Positions 1 through 6,625 of a stretch of DNA of 64,000 nt are shown here, piece after piece; the stretch's first letter is position 1; each line of letters starts with the position of its first letter. Position numbers and translations under genes: made by a program. The notes beneath the pieces were generated by a model, which saw only the letters and a list, made by a program, of their open reading frames with translations, did not search any database and was not told the DNA's origin. Source of the DNA: an uncultured bacterium (GTDB taxonomy: Bacteria; Hydrothermota; UBA3072). The stretch spans positions 4,429-68,428 of the forward strand of contig CAYZBF010000006.1 of NCBI GenBank assembly GCA_964476585.1, read 5' to 3'.

Positions 1-1
1 G

Positions 2-340
2 GAAGAACCAGATAAAGAGGACGTTTTTATAAAAAGGTCTTATTCACTTCTCTTAAAAGCCCTTGAAAGTAACTTGAGAAATCCAAATGTATATAACTCT
101 CTTGCCTGGCAGTTTGCCTTAATGAAGAAATATCCAGAAGAAACTTTAAAAGCGGCAAGAAAAGCTCATGAACTTGCGCCAGAAGATGCTAATATTATGG
201 ACACATATGCGGAAAGTTATTATGCAGCAGGCAAATATGAAAAGGCGGTTCACTGGGAAAAAGAAGCCTTGGAAATAGAGCCTAATAGTGATTTCTTTCA
301 AAAGCAACTCAAGAAATTCCAGGAGGCTCTAAAAGAATAA
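2..340 (+). CDS. TPR-repeat protein, C-terminal part (5' truncated by window edge)
   Basis: Frame is open from base 2. TPR-like helices: NVYNSLAWQFA, ANIMDTYAESYYAAGKYEKAVHWEKEALEIEP. Confidence 0.8.
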   Translation, partial: EEPDKEDVFIKRSYSLLLKALESNLRNPNVYNSLAWQFALMKKYPEETLKAARKAHELAPEDANIMDTYAESYYAAGKYEKAVHWEKEALEIEPNSDFFQKQLKKFQEALKE

Positions 341-432
341 AAGCTAATCTAGTATTTATAAACTTGAACATAAATTTAGTGGAGAGTTGCTCATATGGAT
401 TTTTTTAATAATATCTATAAAAAGGAGGTATA

Positions 433-1041
433 ACGAATAAATTCTGGTTATCTTTTATCATCTTGCTTACTCTCTCTTTAGGTTGTGCGCAATGGGGGAT
501 CACACCAAGATATAAACCTGTGGGATCTCTATCCGGAATGGATGCAAGGGAGATTTATATTGAGAAAATTCAATCTCTAAAGGTCTTCCCAGAGTCTGAT
601 GTAACTATTCTTGGTTTTTCAATTGATCCTCAAAGTTTCCTTAAGAAAGATATAGGGAAATACCTATCTGACGCAATAAAAGAAGAGGGCGAAAAAATCG
701 GTATATATACTAATGTAATGAGTGGCACAACGGCTGATTTTGTAATTTCTGGAGAGGCAAAAGAATTTTCCTATAGAATGAGTGTTGAAGAAATTCCCAT
801 GAGAGGTGAAGGATATGCTTATTACTATAAAGCTGATTTCAATTTACATGTTAACTGCATAGTTAAACAAAAAGGCGGGGGTATCATGGAAAAGAATTAT
901 ACATCAATTAACGAACATGCAACTGTTTACCATACTCTCACGAATTGGGAAAAACCTTTTACGGAAGATTTGAATCTCGTCATCTCTGAAATTGTTGAGG
1001 AAATCTTCACGGATATTGAAAAAGATTTGTTAAAGACGTAA
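433..1041 (+). CDS. Putative lipoprotein; start probably the non-canonical ACG at 433 (ORF track uses TTG 463)
   Basis: AGGAGG at 423-428. In-frame extension gives (M)NKFWLSFIILLTLSLGC, a signal peptide ending in a lipobox-like Cys. In-frame TAA at 418-420 blocks any start further upstream. Confidence 0.6.
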   Translation, partial: TNKFWLSFIILLTLSLGCAQWGITPRYKPVGSLSGMDAREIYIEKIQSLKVFPESDVTILGFSIDPQSFLKKDIGKYLSDAIKEEGEKIGIYTNVMSGTTADFVISGEAKEFSYRMSVEEIPMRGEGYAYYYKADFNLHVNCIVKQKGGGIMEKNYTSINEHATVYHTLTNWEKPFTEDLNLVISEIVEEIFTDIEKDLLKT

Positions 1042-1073
1042 AAGTTCAATAACAAACGTTCCTCTCTACGTAA

Positions 1074-1292
1074 GTAAATCAACAATATGTTCACTTATGG
1101 ACTCTGTGTTCCAATGTAAATATACTTGACGCCCATATATATACAGAGGTCATGGATGTATGTGAAGTAGAAAATATAAAAAACAAGTTAAAAAGAATAC
1201 TCCTGGATAAGTATAATGTAAAATATGCCACACTTGAATTTGAATGGGTAAAGTGTAGCGTTGAGGGTAATATAAAACACCTTGAACATTAA
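1074..1292 (+). pseudogene. Remnant of the C-terminal cytoplasmic domain of a CDF/CzcD cation-efflux transporter
   Basis: Manual translation VHLWTLCSNVNILDAHIYT...NKLKRILLDKYNVKYATLEFEWVKC resembles the HxWxL...AH...HATxQFE pattern of CDF C-terminal domains. No start codon and no TM region. Confidence 0.6.
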
Positions 1293-1325
1293 AAAGCATG
1301 GCTTAAACTAATATCCATGCTTTTT
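1291..1325. terminator. Bidirectional rho-independent terminator
   Basis: AAAAAGCATGG-N13-CCATGCTTTTT between convergent genes. Confidence 0.7.
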
Positions 1326-1351
1326 ATATGCAATCTACTAAGTTTGGTTAT

Positions 1352-1816
1352 CTAAATCCTTGAAAACAGTCTTTCACCATCAGGTATCAAGAAGAAGTAC
1401 CAGACCAAAGAAAGAATCGCTATTGCAAGAGAAAATACGATTGACCAGATAATAAAACTTCCGGAACTTAAAAACTCTGAAGCGGAATTCAAACCAAAAG
1501 CGAGGATATTACGTGTACCCTCTATAAATCCTCCAAATTCAGATATATTAATACTCTGAAGCACTCTACTCTTAAATGCTGTTATATAATTATAGCTTTG
1601 TGAAGAAACACCTGATAAGGTCTTAAGCCATTCTCTATTGAATACTGTTATATAAATATATACACCAGAAAGTGCAACGGGGAGCACAATATATGGCCAG
1701 AGGATAGGCCTCGTTTTTGCTTCTCTCCTTGCCATTAAGTCCACCTTCCATCTATGTACCAACCCCGTGGGTGCTTCTTCTATTGCAATCTCATCTAATA
1801 TCTTATCTAAATCCAT
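1352..1816 (-). CDS. Putative membrane anti-sigma factor
   Basis: Abuts the 3' end of the ECF sigma gene; short soluble N-terminus (EEAPTGL) plus two hydrophobic helices. Confidence 0.55.
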   Translation of the reverse strand: MDLDKILDEIAIEEAPTGLVHRWKVDLMARREAKTRPILWPYIVLPVALSGVYIYITVFNREWLKTLSGVSSQSYNYITAFKSRVLQSINISEFGGFIEGTRNILAFGLNSASEFLSSGSFIIWSIVFSLAIAILSLVWYFFLIPDGERLFSRI

Positions 1817-2356
1817 CTATACTCCTTCCGGTAGTTCTCCTACCAGAGCCTTTAATTTTTCCCTACCTCTATGAATATAAGTCTTCACCGTGCCCATTTT
1901 CATTCCCATAGTGTAAGCAATCTCCTCATAAGAGAGGTCATTAAAATGATATAAAGTGAGTGCTGTCCTATATTTTTCTGGCAATTCCATTAATTTGCTT
2001 CTAACAAGATCAGATATCTCCCTCTTTTCTAAACATTGAATATGTTTATCTTCATAGGAATGGCTAACAGATTCAAGGGCTGTTGTTTTCTTCCCTTTCC
2101 TGAGGAAAGAAATTCCATGGTTATAAGCAATCCTGTATACCCAACTTGAGAGTTTTGCATCACCTCTAAATGTATTTATCTTATCATAAACCTTCATCAT
2201 TACATCCATTGCTATATCCTCTGCATCTGCCATATTACCAACAACCCGGTAAATAATGGTATATATTCTGTTGATATATAAGTTATAAAATTTTTCAAAT
2301 TCATATTCACTCCCTTCCTTTAATTTTCTAATGTCGATTTCCATCTTGTTTTTCAT
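1817..2356 (-). CDS. ECF-family RNA polymerase sigma-70 factor
   Basis: Region 2 (DAEDIAMDV...WVYRIAYN) and region 4 (LPEKYRTALTL...SYEEIA...GTVKTYIHRGR); 179 aa. Confidence 0.93.
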   Translation of the reverse strand: MKNKMEIDIRKLKEGSEYEFEKFYNLYINRIYTIIYRVVGNMADAEDIAMDVMMKVYDKINTFRGDAKLSSWVYRIAYNHGISFLRKGKKTTALESVSHSYEDKHIQCLEKREISDLVRSKLMELPEKYRTALTLYHFNDLSYEEIAYTMGMKMGTVKTYIHRGREKLKALVGELPEGV

Positions 2357-2359
2357 AAT

Positions 2360-2390
2360 GTTTGACGCAAGATACTGCTACTTTGTTTCA
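2360..2390 (-). promoter_or_regulatory. ECF-type promoter of the sigma gene (probably autoregulatory and leaderless)
   Basis: Minus strand reads TGAAACAA-N12-TTGCGTCAAAC, followed by ATT and then the ATG. Confidence 0.75.
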
Positions 2391-2429
2391 AAATAGATTA
2401 AATCCACCGAAATGTCAAGATGATAGATT

Positions 2430-2706
2430 GAAGTCCGATGTCCTAAGTCCAATGTCTATAGGGATTAGATCTTGGGTGTTAGGTCTTAGGTTCAGAGTAC
2501 TAAGTACTGTGTTCTAAGTTCCGAGTCTGTATTAAGGATTAGAAGAAAATCATGTAGAAAAGCAGGGATTAAGGATTAATTAAGTTAATACTTGAAACCT
2601 TGAATCCTCTAAAATGGTTGGTGTGTTGGTCAGTTGGAGTGTTACTACAATATCTTATGTAAGGGGGGGGTCTGTTTCTGTCTTCCGTCTTCGGTCATCC
2701 GTCATT
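2430..2706. repeat. Degenerate 7-nt tandem arrays
   Basis: GAAGTCC GATGTCC TAAGTCC AATGTCT (2430-2457); eight 7-mers TTGGGTG TTAGGTC TTAGGTT...CCGAGTC (2472-2527); TGTCTTC CGTCTTC GGTCATC CGTCATT (2679-2706). Confidence 0.75.
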
Positions 2707-2709
2707 AAT

Positions 2710-2740
2710 TGAAACAATTTTCCATATAATTGCGTCAAAC
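2710..2740 (+). promoter_or_regulatory. ECF-type promoter of the sORF-DUF6249 unit
   Basis: TGAAACAA-N12-TTGCGTCAAAC, with both conserved blocks identical to the copy at 2360-2390. Confidence 0.75.
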
Positions 2741-2758
2741 AGAATAAAAGGAGGAGTG

Positions 2759-2872
2759 ATGATGAAAATAATAAATAAAAGATTCGGTAAGTTTAGAGAA
2801 GAATATCTACCTTCGATAGATTTAGGTTATTATGAAATATATAATCCTGAAACTGTTTATAACTTAACGTAA
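2759..2872 (+). CDS. Small unannotated protein, 36-37 aa (MMKIINKRFGKFREEYLPSIDLGYYEIYNPETVYNLT)
   Basis: Strong RBS AAGGAGGAG at 2748-2756, directly after the ECF promoter; stop is followed by the RBS of the next gene. Confidence 0.6.
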   Translation: MMKIINKRFGKFREEYLPSIDLGYYEIYNPETVYNLT

Positions 2873-2891
2873 AACAAAACAAGGAGGAATT

Positions 2892-3248
2892 ATGGGACCT
2901 GAAATGATAGCAGTACTTATACCAATCGTTGCTTTACTTATCCCCATCTTTGCTCTCTACTTTCGATTCAAAAGAGAACAGGTAAGAAGAAAGGAGAGAA
3001 TGCTGGCGATAGAAAAGGGAGTGGAACTACCACCTGAACCAGTTGCATCAACTAAACAACCACTTAAACCCATGGATTATCTCCGGAGGGGTCTTATTTC
3101 AATTGCAGTAGGAATAGGTCTTTGGGTTAGTACTATCTTTATGCATGGTATTGAGGAAGGAGGATGGATCGGAATGGCTGGTCTTATCGTTTTCCTCGTC
3201 GGTGTTGCTCTACTAATCTACTACGCCGTCCAGAAGAGAGCAGAATAA
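2892..3248 (+). CDS. DUF6249-like membrane protein
   Basis: TM helix, then RRKERMLAIEKG, then LRRGLISIAVGIG and two TM helices. This pattern is typical of the family found beside ECF sigma genes (recognised, not searched). Confidence 0.7.
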   Translation: MGPEMIAVLIPIVALLIPIFALYFRFKREQVRRKERMLAIEKGVELPPEPVASTKQPLKPMDYLRRGLISIAVGIGLWVSTIFMHGIEEGGWIGMAGLIVFLVGVALLIYYAVQKRAE

Positions 3249-3276
3249 TAACAGTCAGACGAGATATTCCTTTATT

Positions 3277-3312
3277 AGAAAGGGTGGATCTTAGATCCAT
3301 CCTTTCTTTTTT
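3277..3312 (+). terminator. Rho-independent terminator
   Basis: AGAAAGGGTGGATCT/AGATCCATCCTTTCT stem followed by a T run. Confidence 0.65.
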
Positions 3313-3347
3313 ATGATGTAGGATGACCGACGACAGATAACAAAAGT

Positions 3348-3465
3348 TAGTTGAATAGTTGAGTTGTTGATTAGTTAAGTAGTTTACCCCACTTTTGACC
3401 ACCTCGCTTTTCGACTAATAAACTATTGAACTAATATCTTTTTTTATCTGCGTTTATCTGCGTCC
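3348..3465. repeat. Inverted 8-nt arrays plus a 10-nt direct repeat
   Basis: TAGTTGAA TAGTTGAG TTGTTGAT TAGTTAAG (3348-3379) versus ACTAATAA ACTATTGA ACTAAT (3414-3435); TTTATCTGCG x2 (3443-3462). Confidence 0.7.
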
Positions 3466-3469
3466 AAAT

Positions 3470-4516
3470 TCAAAAGGAAAATTCAACATTTAAACCCCAA
3501 ATAAAATCCCCATAGGGAATATCATTCATCCCCCAGAAGAGTTCCGTCTCGAGAATCCTCAAGGTAAGTTCAAGATCCAGTTCGCTTGCATGAAAAGAAC
3601 CTCCAATCCCCGGGGCTATCTTATTATCATAAAACGGATAGGATAACTTTCCCCCTATCCCTCCTCGGGGTAGTGAATCACCCTTTGAATAGGTGATAAA
3701 CGCACGAAGAAAATCTGCTTTTAAAGAGAGATAACTTTCCTTTCCTAACTCAACATCGAAAAACTCTGTCTTACAACCAATCACTGGATTCTCTGAAATA
3801 ACAGCGTATATAGAACGTTCAAGAGAAAGAACATAAATAGGTGCAATAAACCAATCAGTAATCTTCCATTCTTCTTTATCAAAAAAACCCTCACTAACAA
3901 TGTCAGCCATAATTAGAAATACAGGGTCAATCACTCGGAAAAGATAAGAAATAAATTGCTCATCATGGGTAGAACCAAGCCTGAGATCTCCAATCTTCAG
4001 ATATCCTAACCACCTATCCCTTGTAGTTCCAACAAAGAAATAATTGGAATTTAGCGAAATACTCCATATATCACTGTAAGCTGAAAGGATAACTGTCCCT
4101 TCCAATTCTTTAAATTTTAATGGCATAGTTAGCTTTCCGTATCCCTTCAAAGCGCCCCTATAAGAATGTAGTCCAGAAATTCCTCCGCTTATCTCTCCCC
4201 AATCTAAACTCCTCTGGAAATAAAGGTTAAGAAATCTATAATCACCATTCACCATTCTTATAAAGGAATAGGGCGTGTCTGAAGCAGCTGCTTTTGCAGA
4301 TAGAAGGAATAGGTCTTTCTCCCCGAGGATAGAACGAGTATAGTATTCATGCGATCTAAACTGTCCAATCACAGAATCCCTGTAAGCATATAGTCCGACA
4401 CAAGGTTCTTCTGTACTCCAGCTAAATCGAATCAAATCTCTTTCAGGCAATGGAGCAATTAGAAAGGGAAGCTGGATATATATTAATTGATATCCGATAA
4501 AACCTATTGCTGGCAT
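3470..4516 (-). CDS. Hypothetical protein, possibly an outer-membrane beta-barrel
   Basis: 348-aa ORF with GGAGG RBS, alternating beta-strand-like composition and C-terminal Phe (WGLNVEFSF). Confidence 0.6.
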   Translation of the reverse strand: MPAIGFIGYQLIYIQLPFLIAPLPERDLIRFSWSTEEPCVGLYAYRDSVIGQFRSHEYYTRSILGEKDLFLLSAKAAASDTPYSFIRMVNGDYRFLNLYFQRSLDWGEISGGISGLHSYRGALKGYGKLTMPLKFKELEGTVILSAYSDIWSISLNSNYFFVGTTRDRWLGYLKIGDLRLGSTHDEQFISYLFRVIDPVFLIMADIVSEGFFDKEEWKITDWFIAPIYVLSLERSIYAVISENPVIGCKTEFFDVELGKESYLSLKADFLRAFITYSKGDSLPRGGIGGKLSYPFYDNKIAPGIGGSFHASELDLELTLRILETELFWGMNDIPYGDFIWGLNVEFSF

Positions 4517-5787
4517 TGGACCTCCACAGAAATCCTCTTTTCAAATTTACCTCTTGAGGAGTAGGTAGGTTCAAATACAAGTTCTATTTTGTACTTCCCT
4601 TCACCCACTGGTTGTCCACTTTCATTGAGAGTATCCCAGAGCAGATAGTTATGTCCCAAATCTTTAATCCATCCCAAATCAAAGGTTCTTATCTTCCGCC
4701 CTGAAGAATCATATATATTAACTGTGACTATAGCAACTTGAGTAAGATAGTAAGACACTGTAACTCCTTCCTCTGGCTTGAATATTTCAGGTTCGACTCC
4801 CCTTATCCAGGCATCCACACCCATCCAGAAATACTGAATACTCCTTGAGTCAACTACAAAGAGTTGACCATATCTCCTCCAAATCGTTATCCCTTTGGGA
4901 GACAGGAACTCCTTATCCCCAGTTCCTTCTCTTCCATATCTCGCTATATAGTCAAGGTTCCTATCAAAAAGATGAAGACAATTGTTATAACTATCGGTAA
5001 CCCAGATAAGACCATAATAATCAATTGCAATGGATTCAAATTGTACTTGAGAATAGTCAATATCATCTTTATCCACGACTGAAAGAATCTTACCATTAGG
5101 GGATAACTTCGTAATTCTGGATTTATAGGAATCTATAACCACGACAAAGGATTCGCGATATCTAAGCCATCGATCACGAGAACTCACTGCAGCTATACCT
5201 GTAGGATGGTCAAATCCTTTTACCTCTTTTAAGAACCTCCCCTGGTGGTCAAAGATTTGCACTCGGTTATTACCATAATCAGTTACATAAACCTTATCAG
5301 AGGTCACTGAAATCTGCCTCGGATCATCAAAGTATCCTTTGAGAATTCCAAAGCCTCCAAAATCTTCAAGATAATGTAAATTCCTCCCATCAAATGAGTA
5401 TTTAACCACTCTATTCCTCATCCTGTTAACAACCCATAGTGTCCCTTCCGGGGTTATTTCACAATCTGATGGCATCCAGAGTGAACTATCCCCTATTATA
5501 GGCGATTTATATATTCCGATATTGGTAAGTCCAATATTATACAGGATTGAATTACTAAGAAGATCACATAAGAATAAAGTAAGTTCGTCATCGTCGTTGC
5601 TGGTATTAGGGTCATCAAGAAATTTGATCTTTGCTGCAGAAAAGCCTCCGACCCCCCTGAACTCTATAGACTTCCCTGTGGCAAGTTTTAAATATGAGAG
5701 TGTCCCTTTGTGATATCCTAAGGTATGTGAAAATGGTGGGTATACCAGTGTGGTGGGATCATACAGACTTAGAAGAAGAATTATCAT
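4504..5787 (-). CDS. NHL-repeat beta-propeller protein with C-terminal FlgD Ig-like domain
   Basis: NHL repeats (FDDPRQISV..VYVTDYGNNRVQIFD; FLSPKGITI); C-terminal VNIYDSSGRKIR...WDTLNESGQPVGEGKY. Confidence 0.8.
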   Translation of the reverse strand: MIILLLSLYDPTTLVYPPFSHTLGYHKGTLSYLKLATGKSIEFRGVGGFSAAKIKFLDDPNTSNDDDELTLFLCDLLSNSILYNIGLTNIGIYKSPIIGDSSLWMPSDCEITPEGTLWVVNRMRNRVVKYSFDGRNLHYLEDFGGFGILKGYFDDPRQISVTSDKVYVTDYGNNRVQIFDHQGRFLKEVKGFDHPTGIAAVSSRDRWLRYRESFVVVIDSYKSRITKLSPNGKILSVVDKDDIDYSQVQFESIAIDYYGLIWVTDSYNNCLHLFDRNLDYIARYGREGTGDKEFLSPKGITIWRRYGQLFVVDSRSIQYFWMGVDAWIRGVEPEIFKPEEGVTVSYYLTQVAIVTVNIYDSSGRKIRTFDLGWIKDLGHNYLLWDTLNESGQPVGEGKYKIELVFEPTYSSRGKFEKRISVEVQCQQ

Positions 5788-6262
5788 GGCGATATTCTAA
5801 AAACCAATGAATAACGACAAGTATTATACCAATTGTAACAAATGAGTCAGCTAGATTAAAAGTAGGCCAGTGAAATCTTTCAACTCCTACTTCTATAAAA
5901 TCCACGACCTCCATATATAGTATCCTGTCTACAAGATTACCCAAAGCTCCACCGATTATAAAAGAAATTGCTGTCAAAAATAGAGGATTTTTTGCAACAA
6001 CGAACAGATATACAACGAAGAGGAAAGCCACAATAGTGAGTAAAGTAGAGATAGCAGGTCCTCCAAAATGTAATCCAAAAACCGAATTGGGATTTCTGAT
6101 ATATGTGAAATGGATCACCTCTCCTATTATTCTTCTGGATTCCCCCAGATACATTGAGCTCGATATTAATGCCTTCGTCCATTGATCAAGGATTAGTATT
6201 ACAAAAGATATCAAAAGAAAAGGGAATTTCTTTCTATTGCTTAGAGCTCTTCTTCTCCCCAA
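5759..6262 (-). CDS. lspA: Lipoprotein signal peptidase II
   Basis: LDQWTK, NPNSVFG, GGALGNLVDR, VVDF, FNLAD motifs. Confidence 0.95.
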   Translation of the reverse strand: MGRRRALSNRKKFPFLLISFVILILDQWTKALISSSMYLGESRRIIGEVIHFTYIRNPNSVFGLHFGGPAISTLLTIVAFLFVVYLFVVAKNPLFLTAISFIIGGALGNLVDRILYMEVVDFIEVGVERFHWPTFNLADSFVTIGIILVVIHWFLEYRHDNSSSKSV

Positions 6263-6621
6263 CTCTTCTTCTCTCTACTTTCAGCACATGATTTGCAAAA
6301 TCTCGCATATGGAACTGCTTTCAATCTTTCCCTATTTATATTATTCCCACAATCCTCACAGATACCATAGGTTTTTTCAACGATCTTCCGAAGAGCAGCG
6401 TCGATATCCTTGAGTTCTTTAGTATATTGATTCATAAGATATGAATCTCTATCTAATCTATTCTCGACATCTGCTATATCTGCAATATGCGTAGGGAAAG
6501 GAGTGATCTCCTCACCGCTCTCAAGAGGATTTTCACCAACCTTTGACTCTAAGCCATAAATTTCTTCAAGTACATCTCTCCGTATTTTTCCCAGTTTACG
6601 CTCAAAATATTCGTAATTCAT
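6241..6621 (-). CDS. TraR/DksA C4-type zinc-finger protein
   Basis: THIADIAD, YGICEDCG..I..ERL.AVPYARFCKSC; lies between ileS and lspA; start taken at MNYEY. Confidence 0.9.
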   Translation of the reverse strand: MNYEYFERKLGKIRRDVLEEIYGLESKVGENPLESGEEITPFPTHIADIADVENRLDRDSYLMNQYTKELKDIDAALRKIVEKTYGICEDCGNNINRERLKAVPYARFCKSCAESREKKSWGEEEL

Positions 6622-6625
6622 TTTT

